A DNA stretch of 61,528 nt, filler included. It is 5 parts of 5 records of this genome, joined end to end, with 100 filler letters (N's around TTAATTAATTAA, not from the genome) between each part and the next. Parts side by side here need not be neighbours in the genome. Positions count along the whole stretch, not along the records: positions 11,237 to 20,785 come from SRR2962707_4876; 4 more parts are not named here. One strand, written 5' to 3'. The notes under the pieces are model-generated. The model had not been told where the DNA came from. It searched no databases and saw only the letters and a program-made list of their open reading frames with translations. Shown here in pieces: positions 11,357 to 20,332 of the stretch (within the stretch, counting starts at the first letter, position 1; every line of letters starts with the position of its first letter). Both the position numbers and the translations under genes were made by a program.

Positions 11357-11408
11357 GTCAATGTCTGCAGCCTTCGACGCCGGAAAAATGCAACCGTCAA
11401 AGATCGAC

Positions 11409-11843
11409 CTAGAGATGCTGGCGCACAAATCCTTCGATGCCAGCGGCAGGGCGTGCGCCTGACAGTCGTGCGACTTCCTTGCCCTTGGCATACAGGATCA
11501 AAAGCGGAATACCCCTGATTTGCAGCCGCTGCGAGATTGCCGGAAATTGTTCGGTGTCGATCTTGGCAAAGCGGGTCTTGAACCGTAGCGCCTTTGCCGC
11601 TTTGGCAAATTCGGGTGCCATTGTCCTGCACGGCCCGCACCACGGTGCCCAATAATCGATAATCAGGGGCAGATCATCGGTCTGCGTTGCCTTGTCATGT
11701 TGCTTGATACCGATCTCGGCGACATCGCCGCTTGCCAGCAACGCACCACATTTCGCGCATTTTGGGCCAGCCTCAAGCTTTGCTTTGGGAAAGCGGTTGG
11801 CCTGCCCACAGGACAGGCAGTTCAGTTTCAGTGCGTCTTCCAT
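11409..11843 (-). CDS. trxC: Thioredoxin 2 (zinc-finger thioredoxin)
   Basis: N-terminal CLSC...CAKC plus WAPWCGPC, 144 aa. Confidence 0.93.
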   Translation of the reverse strand: MEDALKLNCLSCGQANRFPKAKLEAGPKCAKCGALLASGDVAEIGIKQHDKATQTDDLPLIIDYWAPWCGPCRTMAPEFAKAAKALRFKTRFAKIDTEQFPAISQRLQIRGIPLLILYAKGKEVARLSGARPAAGIEGFVRQHL

Positions 11844-11975
11844 CTTCGCGCTTCCTTTTCATCATCTAGCAGAGTGCTCAAGCCGTGCGGGCATTGCTAT
11901 CACAATCAACACCAGAGCCCAGACTCGAACCTCCGCGTCCTCCGGCGCATTTTTCCACGTCGATTCACAACACAA

Positions 11976-11989
11976 TTGATACGCATCAA
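11976..11989. promoter_or_regulatory. FNR/FixK-type binding site in the divergent trxC / protease intergenic region
   Basis: TTGAT-ACGC-ATCAA, a perfect match to TTGAT-N4-ATCAA. Confidence 0.8.
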
Positions 11990-12046
11990 TCAGCGACGGT
12001 TCCAAAGCTGCAAAAACAAAGGGGCAAGAGCGACAGGAGCACCGAC

Positions 12047-12157
12047 ATGATACATTTCCCTCCCATGATCCTGCTCTTACTGCTGCCTTTGGCTTTGGGG
12101 GGCGCGGTTTCACAATCCGCCCGCTGCGCTGTCCCTCTTCGCCGCGCATCGGCTTAG
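12047..12157 (+). CDS. Putative 36-aa hydrophobic small protein
   Basis: AGGAG RBS; MIHFPPMILLLLLPLALGGAVSQSARCAVPLRRASA; ends 11 bp before the protease gene. Confidence 0.45.
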   Translation: MIHFPPMILLLLLPLALGGAVSQSARCAVPLRRASA

Positions 12158-12168
12158 GGGTATTTGAC

Positions 12169-14631
12169 GTGGCAGCGAAAACACCTAAAAAATCGGCCAT
12201 CCCAAGTGGCCTGCCCTACGACCGATTGCGCATGGAGTGCGACCCTAAAACGCTTGGGTTTACCACCACTGCGTCGTTGAAACCGGCGCGCGGGCTTGTT
12301 GGCCAAAAACGCGCGATCGACGCCATCAAGCTGTCGGCGGGCATAGACCACAAAGATTTCAATCTATACGTTCTGGGCCTCGAAGGCACAGGGCGGCACA
12401 CGGCAGTTGCACAATTACTATCCAAAGCGGCAGCCGCGCGCCCGCTCCCTTGCGACTGGGTTTATGTCAACAACTTTGGCGCGCCGCACAAACCCCATGC
12501 GATGAAGCTGACCCCCGGAACATCGGCAACCTTGAAACTGGCGATGCAACGTCTTGTCGATGATTTGGCCAACGACATACCTGCATTGTTTGACTCCGAA
12601 GAATACCAAACCCAACGCCGCGTGATCGAAGAAGAACTGGGCCAAAAGCACGAAGAACCCATTGCTGAATTTTCCGAACGTGCACATGCGCAAAACGTTG
12701 CATTACTCAGAACCCCGATGGGTTTCATGTTGTCGGCCTTGGTGGATGGCAAACCGATCAAACCAGAGGTCTACGAGGCATTGCCGCCAGACCAGCGCCA
12801 AGAGGTCGACGCCAAAATCGATGACCTGCAAGAGCAGTTGACAGAAATCCTGAAGCAAGCTCCGCAGCTGGAAAAGGAACATCGGGAGAAAATCGAAGAC
12901 CTGCATGCCACGATGGCCGAGCAGGCCGTTTCAATGAGAATTGAGGAAGTCGAAGCACAGTTTTCCGAGGCCGAAAACGTTCTTGCCTATCTGGAGACCG
13001 TGCGCGTCGATATGATTTCCAACGCAGAGCTGTTTTTGATATCTGCGACTGACGCAAATGATGGTCCGTTTCCCGATGTGATCCGCAAATACCATCAGGA
13101 CCCGCATTTTGACAGATATGCCGTCAATATCATGGTTTCACACGACGCGGGCCCGCCCGCCGCGCCGATTGTGACCGAAGATATGCCTTCGCTTGGGCAT
13201 CTGACCGGACACATCGAACATATTTCGGAGATGGGCACACTTTCGACCAACTTTACGCTGATCAAACCTGGTGCGCTGCACCGTGCGAATGGCGGATATC
13301 TGGTTATGGATGCCACCCGGATTCTCTCTGAACCCTATGCATGGGATACGCTCAAGCGCTGCCTGCAAAGCCAGTCCATATCAATAATATCGCTTGCAGA
13401 ACGCATGAGCCTGTCCTCGACAGTGACGCTAGAGCCCGACCCCATTCCACTAGATATCCGGATTATCTTGGTGGGTGACAGGCGGCTTCATATGTTGTTG
13501 CAGAAACTGGACCCCGAATTTGGCAAACTATTCAAATTGCAGGCTGATTTCGAAGACGAACTGCCACGCACTGCCAAAAACACCCGTGCGCTGGCAAGGA
13601 TTGTGGCGGGCTATGCGATCACGGAAAATCTAAAGCCGCTAACCGCCGCTGCCGTGGCCGCCTTGCTTGATCAAGCTGTCCGTCTTGCAGGCGACAGTAC
13701 AAAACTTACTCTCGAGTTGGCCAAGTTGACTGATGTCATGCGCGAGGCGGATTATTACGCCGCAGGCCACAAACGCGACCTGATTTCCGAGGATGACATC
13801 GAACAGGCGATCCAACAGTCCATCCGACGCGGGTCGCGCATCAAGGGAATTACGCAAGAGGCTGTTGCGCGCAAAACCATCCTGATTGACACAAAAGGCG
13901 AGACGATAGGCCAGATAAACGGGCTGGCTGTTGCGGGTGTCGGCAATGATTATTTCGGACGTCCATCGCGGATTACAGCCCGCGTGCGCATGGGGGCTGG
14001 CGAACTGGTCGATATCGAACGCGAGGTCGAACTGGGCGGGCCGCTGCATTCAAAGGGCGTGCTTATTCTGGGCAGCTATCTTGCCTCGCATTACGCGCTG
14101 GATGTCCCAATGTCATTGCATGCAAATCTGGTGTTCGAACAAAGCTATGGCGGTATCGAAGGGGACAGCGCGTCGTCAGCCGAGCTTTATGCCCTGCTAT
14201 CGGCATTGTCCGGCACGCCAATTCGCCAAGGCATCGCGGTCACCGGCTCTGTGAACCAGAACGGCGAAGTTCAGGCCATTGGGGGTGTGAACGAAAAGAT
14301 CGAAGGATTCTTTGACACCTGCATGGCGCAAGGGCTTACTGGCGATCAGGGCGTTCTTATTCCCGCGTCAAACATTGACCATCTTATGTTGCGCCGGGAC
14401 GTCGTCGAGGCCGTCAAAGCGGGGGATTTCCGCGTCATTCCGGTTAAAACGATAAACCAGGGCATTGAGGTGCTGACAGGGGTGTCTGCGGGGCGTCGCG
14501 TCCGCGGCGGACAGTTTCCGGCAAACAGCATCAACGGCAAAGTCGAAGCCCAGCTGCGCGATTATGCCCAAACCCTTCGTAAATTCAGTGCACCAATCAG
14601 CGAGGGCCCTGACAAAGGCCCTAAGCAATGA
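12169..14631 (+). CDS. Lon-like (LonC-type, peptidase S16) protease with a degenerate AAA module
   Basis: GQKRAIDAI, variant P-loop GLEGTGRHT, IKPGALHRANGGYL, catalytic Ser in EGDSASSAE and Lys in GGVNEKIEG. Confidence 0.92.
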   Translation: MAAKTPKKSAIPSGLPYDRLRMECDPKTLGFTTTASLKPARGLVGQKRAIDAIKLSAGIDHKDFNLYVLGLEGTGRHTAVAQLLSKAAAARPLPCDWVYVNNFGAPHKPHAMKLTPGTSATLKLAMQRLVDDLANDIPALFDSEEYQTQRRVIEEELGQKHEEPIAEFSERAHAQNVALLRTPMGFMLSALVDGKPIKPEVYEALPPDQRQEVDAKIDDLQEQLTEILKQAPQLEKEHREKIEDLHATMAEQAVSMRIEEVEAQFSEAENVLAYLETVRVDMISNAELFLISATDANDGPFPDVIRKYHQDPHFDRYAVNIMVSHDAGPPAAPIVTEDMPSLGHLTGHIEHISEMGTLSTNFTLIKPGALHRANGGYLVMDATRILSEPYAWDTLKRCLQSQSISIISLAERMSLSSTVTLEPDPIPLDIRIILVGDRRLHMLLQKLDPEFGKLFKLQADFEDELPRTAKNTRALARIVAGYAITENLKPLTAAAVAALLDQAVRLAGDSTKLTLELAKLTDVMREADYYAAGHKRDLISEDDIEQAIQQSIRRGSRIKGITQEAVARKTILIDTKGETIGQINGLAVAGVGNDYFGRPSRITARVRMGAGELVDIEREVELGGPLHSKGVLILGSYLASHYALDVPMSLHANLVFEQSYGGIEGDSASSAELYALLSALSGTPIRQGIAVTGSVNQNGEVQAIGGVNEKIEGFFDTCMAQGLTGDQGVLIPASNIDHLMLRRDVVEAVKAGDFRVIPVKTINQGIEVLTGVSAGRRVRGGQFPANSINGKVEAQLRDYAQTLRKFSAPISEGPDKGPKQ

Positions 14632-15422
14632 ACAGCAGCCATCCCCCCGGCCTGCGCATTCTTGTCGGTGCCGGTTCTTTTGCTGATGCCGCAGCGGGTT
14701 TCCGTATAATCGAGCAATTGCCAAGCGGTTTTTGTGCGGGGCTTGGGGGGATTTTGGTCGAAGAGGCGGCTTTGCTTGCAACCTCTGAAATCCCTGACCG
14801 TCGCGTCATTCTATCGAGCGGCAAAACAACATCAGCGCCCAGCCAATCGCAACTTCGTATGCTCTGGAAAGCCGATGCGCGAGCCTTTCGGAAACTTCTG
14901 GCGCATGTGTCTGGCCCCTACGACACCCAGTGGGTTTTCATGCAAGACAAAGGTGAACTTGTCAGAACCGCGCTACGCGCCGCTGTAGATTGGGATGTAC
15001 TGGTTCTGGGCTACCGGCAAATTCACAAGGTACCGGGCAAAGTTATTCATCTTCAACTGTCCGGCCCCGCTGGCGATCAAGAAGACGCATCCAGCCGTTT
15101 TTCCCACCTACTGGCCACCGAACCTGTTACATTTTCGATCAACGAAACTCTTGATGAACCTCTTGGGGAGCAAACCTCGAAATCCTTCCATTTCAAGTCG
15201 CTTGACGACGCGCTTGCCGCCCTTGCGCGAACAAATGCACAAGCCGTGTTGGTGGATTTCGGGCGCGGCCCCCTTCAGGGGCAGGATGATCTGTTGCGCA
15301 TTCTTGAAGCCGCCCGATGCCCCGTCATTGTGTCTGACGCGTCGCAGCCACCGTCGTTACTAGAACATAGCACGCAAATTCCGCCGCAACCTGCAAATGG
15401 AGACCCCCAGAATGCAGGCTAA
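14628..15422 (+). CDS. Hypothetical protein, possibly a degenerate tandem universal-stress-protein fold
   Basis: ATGA overlap with the protease gene; RILVG at the N-terminus, DVLVLG, and C-terminal ARCPVIV resemble USP strands. Confidence 0.6.
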   Translation: MNSSHPPGLRILVGAGSFADAAAGFRIIEQLPSGFCAGLGGILVEEAALLATSEIPDRRVILSSGKTTSAPSQSQLRMLWKADARAFRKLLAHVSGPYDTQWVFMQDKGELVRTALRAAVDWDVLVLGYRQIHKVPGKVIHLQLSGPAGDQEDASSRFSHLLATEPVTFSINETLDEPLGEQTSKSFHFKSLDDALAALARTNAQAVLVDFGRGPLQGQDDLLRILEAARCPVIVSDASQPPSLLEHSTQIPPQPANGDPQNAG

Positions 15423-16662
15423 AAGCGCGCCTTCGCAGAACACTCCGCGAGCGGTGCTTCGGCGCGCGATTACGCTACCGCTTTTGATATTTTACGGACT
15501 GGGTGTCACGATCGGTGCCGGTATCTATGTCCTTGTCGGCGCGACGGCAGCGCAGGCAGGGATCTATGCGCCCGCATCATTTCTGGTGGCCGCAGTGGTC
15601 ATGCTCTTTAGCGCAGGCAGTTTCAGCGAACTCTCAGGGCGCTTTCCCCAAAGCGCCGGAGAAGCCGCCTATGTCGAAGCTGCGTTCAAAACGCCATCAC
15701 TGACCGTTCTGACAGGTGCCTTGTTGCTTCTTGCGGGAACGGTTTCGGCGGCGGCCATTACGGTTGGCTGCGCAGGATATATCGCGACGCTCTTACCGCT
15801 GCCGCTGTGGATGATCATCGTGCTGTCGGTTGCCATTTCAGGGGTGGTTGCCGCATGGGGGATTCTTGAATCGGTCAGATTTGCCGCAGTTCTGACGTTG
15901 GTTGAAGTCTTGGGGCTCGTTATTGTCGTAACCGCCGGCATCTGGCACCAACCAACCATTATCTTCGCATTACCTTCTGTGTTTCCCGATCTGTCAGATA
16001 CAGCGGCACTGGGTGCAATCGCACTGACAAGCCTCGTTGCATTCTTTGCCTTCATCGGCTTCGACGGGATGGTAAACATCATTGAAGAAACCGAGAACCC
16101 TGCCCGCAATATGCCCCTGGGCATCTTCATCACCCTCATGATTTCGACCTTGCTCTACTTTTCGGTTGCCGCAGTCGCTGTCTTGCTCCTCCCTCTAGAA
16201 GACCTCAGCACTTCCACAGCGCCGATCAGCCTCTTGTTTGAAAGACTCACAGGGGTGTCGCCTTTGGCCATCACCCTTATCGCTATTGCCGCCACGTTTA
16301 ACGGCATCGTCATTCAGACCATTCTAAGCTCTCGTATCATTTACGGAATGGCAAAAGTCGGCCGCTTGCCCAAGGGTCTGGCACTGTTGAATACCCGCAC
16401 TCGCACGCCTTTGATTGCAACGGTGCTTGTGACCGCATCCACCCTGATATTCGCCTTGTTTTTCCCGATCGGCATTCTGGCAGAACGCACCTCCCAGCTG
16501 GTGCTTGTGGTGTTCATCCTGATCAACCTGTCGCTGCTGCGGATCAAGTGGCGCCGCGACCCTGCACCCGACGGAATATTCATCGCACCCGTTGTCGTTC
16601 CTATTGTCGGTTTGATCACCTGTATCGCCATGCTTGCAGGCCCCTTCATAGCCATCCTTTGA
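15397..16662 (+). CDS. APC-family amino acid permease (start may be 15412)
   Basis: GVTIGAGIYVL, ELSGRFPQSAGE, FFAFIGFD, EETENPARNMP; many TM segments. Confidence 0.92.
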   Translation: METPRMQAKSAPSQNTPRAVLRRAITLPLLIFYGLGVTIGAGIYVLVGATAAQAGIYAPASFLVAAVVMLFSAGSFSELSGRFPQSAGEAAYVEAAFKTPSLTVLTGALLLLAGTVSAAAITVGCAGYIATLLPLPLWMIIVLSVAISGVVAAWGILESVRFAAVLTLVEVLGLVIVVTAGIWHQPTIIFALPSVFPDLSDTAALGAIALTSLVAFFAFIGFDGMVNIIEETENPARNMPLGIFITLMISTLLYFSVAAVAVLLLPLEDLSTSTAPISLLFERLTGVSPLAITLIAIAATFNGIVIQTILSSRIIYGMAKVGRLPKGLALLNTRTRTPLIATVLVTASTLIFALFFPIGILAERTSQLVLVVFILINLSLLRIKWRRDPAPDGIFIAPVVVPIVGLITCIAMLAGPFIAIL

Positions 16663-16681
16663 AGCTTCCGGTTGGCCTGCT

Positions 16682-16695
16682 TTGACAATGATCAA
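16682..16695 (+). promoter_or_regulatory. FNR/FixK-type site with a candidate -10 at 16717-16722
   Basis: TTGAC-AATG-ATCAA; TATGGT begins 28.5 bp downstream of the box centre (class II geometry). Confidence 0.75.
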
Positions 16696-16764
16696 ATCGG
16701 GGCGGCCTGACGCACCTATGGTGTCGGGAACATGTTGACAAACCATGCAGATAAGGACGCGCCC

Positions 16765-17631
16765 ATGCCAGAGCTGAAAAACCCTAAGGTCCGGTCGGGT
16801 GAGAACCTGTTTATCGCGGAAAAGCTGAGCGAGGTCGCAGATTATCTTGAACGGCAAGGTGCAACGCAATTTCGCGTTGCGGCCTATCGGGACGCTGCCA
16901 CCTATGTTGCGGCACTGTCCGAACCGATCCGCCTTGTCTATCACAACAGCGGCAAGCGCGGGCTGGAAGCCTTGCCGACAATCGGCGTGTCCATAGCGGC
17001 TGCTATCGCTGAACTTCTGGAAACCGACGCCTTGGGCATTCTGGACCGTCTGCGCGGGTCGGCTGACCCTGAAAAACTGTTTCAGACTGTTCCGATGATT
17101 GGCCCGTCTCTGGCACGAGAAATCCATGAAACCCTGCATATCGAAACCCTCGAAGCGCTTGAGGAAGCTGCGATTGACGGCCGGCTTGCACAGGTCAAAG
17201 GGATCGGCAAACGTCGCATCGAAAGCATCAGCCATTCGTTGAACGATATGCTGGCGCGGCGCAGGCCATCCCCTTTGCACAAGGCAATGCCCGGACCGCC
17301 CGTCGCCGATATTCTGGCTGTCGATCAGTTGTATCGTGACGGTGCTGACGGCCTGCCCACGGTCAAACCACGTCGTTTTAACGAGACCGGAGAACGCCGC
17401 ATCCCCATTTTGCATACCGAACGCGGACCTTGGGAGTTTACCGCGCTTTATTCAAACTCGGCGGCGGCAAATAAATACGGCAGAACCCACGACTGGGTGG
17501 TGATCTACTATGAAAAGGAAGGGCAGCCTGACGGGCAGTCGACCGTCGTGACACAACATGGCGGGCCCCTTGATGGCCGCCGCATTGTTCGCGGCCAAGA
17601 AAGCGCCTGTGCCCGGCATTACGGGCTTTAG
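16765..17631 (+). CDS. Helix-hairpin-helix DNA-binding protein: PolX-like N-terminus plus an uncharacterised C-terminal domain
   Basis: AAGGA RBS; NLFIAEKLSEVADYLE..FRVAAYRDAA (PolX 8-kDa domain-like); HhH motifs LPTIG, VPMIG and VKGIG; no palm or PHP motifs. Confidence 0.8.
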   Translation: MPELKNPKVRSGENLFIAEKLSEVADYLERQGATQFRVAAYRDAATYVAALSEPIRLVYHNSGKRGLEALPTIGVSIAAAIAELLETDALGILDRLRGSADPEKLFQTVPMIGPSLAREIHETLHIETLEALEEAAIDGRLAQVKGIGKRRIESISHSLNDMLARRRPSPLHKAMPGPPVADILAVDQLYRDGADGLPTVKPRRFNETGERRIPILHTERGPWEFTALYSNSAAANKYGRTHDWVVIYYEKEGQPDGQSTVVTQHGGPLDGRRIVRGQESACARHYGL

Positions 17632-17647
17632 GAAAGGACCGAAGTTA

Positions 17648-18358
17648 ATGCTGATGGCCCTTTTCCCCAAAAGTGTGAGGCTCTTGTTTATCCTGTTGGT
17701 CATGTTGCTTGGTGATGCGGCAAGCGCCTGGCCTTGGGATTTTCAGGCGCGTCTGGATCGGGCAGGAATTGCATATCAGGTGCCACAGTCGGGCAAGGCG
17801 ATACTGGTAAACATCCCCGCTTTCGAACTGATTGCCTTTCAAGATGGAAAACCGGTATTGCGCAGCCGCGTCATTGTCGGCGCACCGTGGCACCGGACCC
17901 CGCGCCTGCAGACATATGTAACAACGGTAAGGTTTCGCCCGACATGGCGGCCTACTCCCTCGATGATTGCCAGCGGCGAATACCGCGACAGGGTCATACC
18001 GCCGGGAATTAACAACCCCCTCGGGCTGGCCGCCGTCCGGTTAGGGTCGGGAATGTTGGTCTATTTGCACGATACCAACCGACGCGAATTGTTCGCAAAC
18101 GAGAACCGCGCCCTGTCGCATGGCTGCGTTCGTGTGCAACGCTGGGACGATCTGGTGGCTTTTGTGCTGGATATGGACATCGCCCGCGTTCATGAACTTG
18201 CAAATGGCCGCCGCACATTTGATGCCCCTGCCCCGCCTATTCCCGTCACCTTGGGGTATTTCACAAAGTTCCCCGACGCGTCGGGGCAGATCATTACCTA
18301 TCCCGATATCTATCACCTTGTTGCGCCGTCCGCGTTGTCAGGCAAAGCTGGCAATTGA
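17648..18358 (+). CDS. L,D-transpeptidase (YkuD family), secreted
   Basis: Signal peptide; ILVNIPAFEL, VIVG, NNPLG, YLHDT...ALSHGCVRV. Confidence 0.9.
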   Translation: MLMALFPKSVRLLFILLVMLLGDAASAWPWDFQARLDRAGIAYQVPQSGKAILVNIPAFELIAFQDGKPVLRSRVIVGAPWHRTPRLQTYVTTVRFRPTWRPTPSMIASGEYRDRVIPPGINNPLGLAAVRLGSGMLVYLHDTNRRELFANENRALSHGCVRVQRWDDLVAFVLDMDIARVHELANGRRTFDAPAPPIPVTLGYFTKFPDASGQIITYPDIYHLVAPSALSGKAGN

Positions 18359-18368
18359 CAGGCGTCAA
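18355..18368 (+). promoter_or_regulatory. FNR/FixK-type site with a candidate -10 at 18390-18395
   Basis: Palindrome TTGAC-AGGC-GTCAA; TAGCAT begins 28.5 bp from the centre, the same spacing as the 16682 site. Confidence 0.72.
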
Positions 18369-18434
18369 ATCGGGAAAGCCACAAGGTGGTAGCATTTATA
18401 GATAAGCGTCACCTTCGATTGAGGAACCAACTTT

Positions 18435-19832
18435 ATGAAACTATCATTCCACGGTGCTGCCCAAGGTGTTACCGGCTCGTGCCACCTGCTTCAGGCGGGT
18501 GGATTGCGGATCCTCATTGATTGCGGCATGTTCCAAGGGGCACGCCATGCGGACGAAGAGAACGCAGGCGATTTCGGCTTTGAGCCCTCGGAAATAGATT
18601 TCCTGCTTTTGACCCATGCGCATCTTGATCACTGCGGCCGCATTCCGTTGTTGGTCAAGCGCGGATTCGCCGGAACGATCATCACAACAGCCGCGACGCG
18701 CGAACTGTCAAAGCTGATCATGATGGATTCAGCGCATATTCAGGAAGAAGACACCGCGCGCGCCTCGCGTCATAAACGGCGCGGCGGCAAGGACGATATC
18801 CGCCCGCTTTATGACCAGATCGATGTGCTGTTCGCGCTGGATTTCTTTGGGCGCAATGTCAGCTACGACGAAGATGTTGCATTGAACGATGCTGTTAAAA
18901 TCCGTTTTATCAACGCGGGCCATATCTTGGGATCTGCTTCTGTGATTGTCGAAGCGACCGAAAACGAAGCCACCCGACGCATTGTATTTTCGGGCGATCT
19001 GGGCAGCCCGAACCATGCGATCTTGTCGAATTCGACCCCGCCGCCGGAATGTGACTATGTTGTCATGGAAACGACCTACGGCGACCGGATGCACAAGGAT
19101 CGTGAAGCCTCGAACGCCGAGCTTAACGAAGTGATTGCAAATACCATCGCCCGAGGCGGCAATGTCGTGATCCCGACCTTTGCGATGGAACGCACACAAG
19201 AGCTTCTGTTTCATCTGAAAAACGCGATTGACAGCAAAGACCTTCCCGGATCATTGGCCATCTTTCTGGACAGTCCAATGGCGATTTCTGCAACAGAGAT
19301 TTTCAAACGTCACGCGAACGGTTTCAGCCCCGAGGTCCGCGATGCCATGTTGTCGGGCAAGAACCCTTTTCACCCGCGGGGCTTGCGTTTTACCCGTCAG
19401 GTCGAAGAATCCAAGGCGATCAACCGCATAAGGGGCGGTGCGGTTATCATGGCCGGGTCGGGCATGTGTACAGGCGGGCGTGTGCGCCAACATTTGAAGC
19501 ACAACATCTGGCGTCCCGATTGCAGCATTGTTTTTGTTGGCTTTGCTGCCGAAGGAACGCTAGCGCGCCAGATCGTTGACGGGGCAAAACACATCAAGAT
19601 TTCTGGTGAAGACATTCAGGTCAAAGCCGATATTCACACGATCAATGGGTTTTCTGCCCACGCGGACCAAAGAGAGCTTTTGTATTGGGTGTCTCACACA
19701 GGGCGGCCTAAAACTGTTTTCCTTGTTCACGGAGACTTTGACAGGGGCATGTCTGACATGAAAGCCGAGTTGGAGAAAAAAGGTCTAACCGTCGAATGCC
19801 CGACGCTGCATTCTGCCGTCGAACTGGAGTGA
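18435..19832 (+). CDS. MBL-fold beta-CASP nuclease (RNA-processing type)
   Basis: VTGSCH, DCG, LTHAHLDHCG, AGHILGSA, FSGDLG, ETTYG, GFSAHAD, LVHG. Confidence 0.93.
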   Translation: MKLSFHGAAQGVTGSCHLLQAGGLRILIDCGMFQGARHADEENAGDFGFEPSEIDFLLLTHAHLDHCGRIPLLVKRGFAGTIITTAATRELSKLIMMDSAHIQEEDTARASRHKRRGGKDDIRPLYDQIDVLFALDFFGRNVSYDEDVALNDAVKIRFINAGHILGSASVIVEATENEATRRIVFSGDLGSPNHAILSNSTPPPECDYVVMETTYGDRMHKDREASNAELNEVIANTIARGGNVVIPTFAMERTQELLFHLKNAIDSKDLPGSLAIFLDSPMAISATEIFKRHANGFSPEVRDAMLSGKNPFHPRGLRFTRQVEESKAINRIRGGAVIMAGSGMCTGGRVRQHLKHNIWRPDCSIVFVGFAAEGTLARQIVDGAKHIKISGEDIQVKADIHTINGFSAHADQRELLYWVSHTGRPKTVFLVHGDFDRGMSDMKAELEKKGLTVECPTLHSAVELE

Positions 19833-19992
19833 TGCGCGTTGCTAATTATCCAGCTTTTCGGTCTTTAGATTGCGTCGTATGGACCGCTGGTAAAGCTTGG
19901 GCGACACACGCATCAGCAATGAAGCAAGCAGCGTCACACGGCCGACCGGAATGAATTTCTGCCCTTTGCACGCACCGCGAAGGATCACTTTG

Positions 19993-20332
19993 TGTCAACG
20001 GCGGAGTAATGTCCTGCCGCTGGGGCGGAGCAAAACTCGGCCAATTGTTGGCGCGCCTTGGCGCGTGATGCCTTCAAGTAGCAAGCACGTTCCAAGGCGC
20101 ATTGGCCGTTAGGCCAATCTCAGATGTTTAGGTTTTGGCGTGGCGGGATTTGCTCTGATTGAGCCGATAGCTTTCGCCGTTCACCTCAATGATATTTACG
20201 TGGTGCGTCAGCCTATCGAGTAGCGCGCCAGTCAGTCGTTCTGATCCGAAGTTTTCGGTCCATTCCTCGAACGGTAGGTTACTTGTAATTAGGGTGGAAC
20301 CGCGCTCGTACCGCTGCGAGATCAGTTCGACC
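19993..20332 (-). mobile_element. istB: IS21-family right-end remnant with an istB 3' fragment
   Basis: Terminus TGTCAACGGCGGAGTAA with an internal repeat GGCGGAGCAAAA; ELISQRYERGSTLITSNLPFEEW...ALLDRLTHH..GESYR at 20128-20330. Confidence 0.88.

Noticed and set aside
11862-12200. 112-aa minus-strand ORF upstream of trxC
   Set aside because: Spans the FNR box and the protease start, with no RBS or motif support.
16324-17415. 363-aa minus-strand ORF
   Set aside because: Antisense to the permease and HhH genes, which have clear family motifs.
16765-17631. Calling this gene DNA polymerase X
   Set aside because: No catalytic palm motif and no PHP domain.
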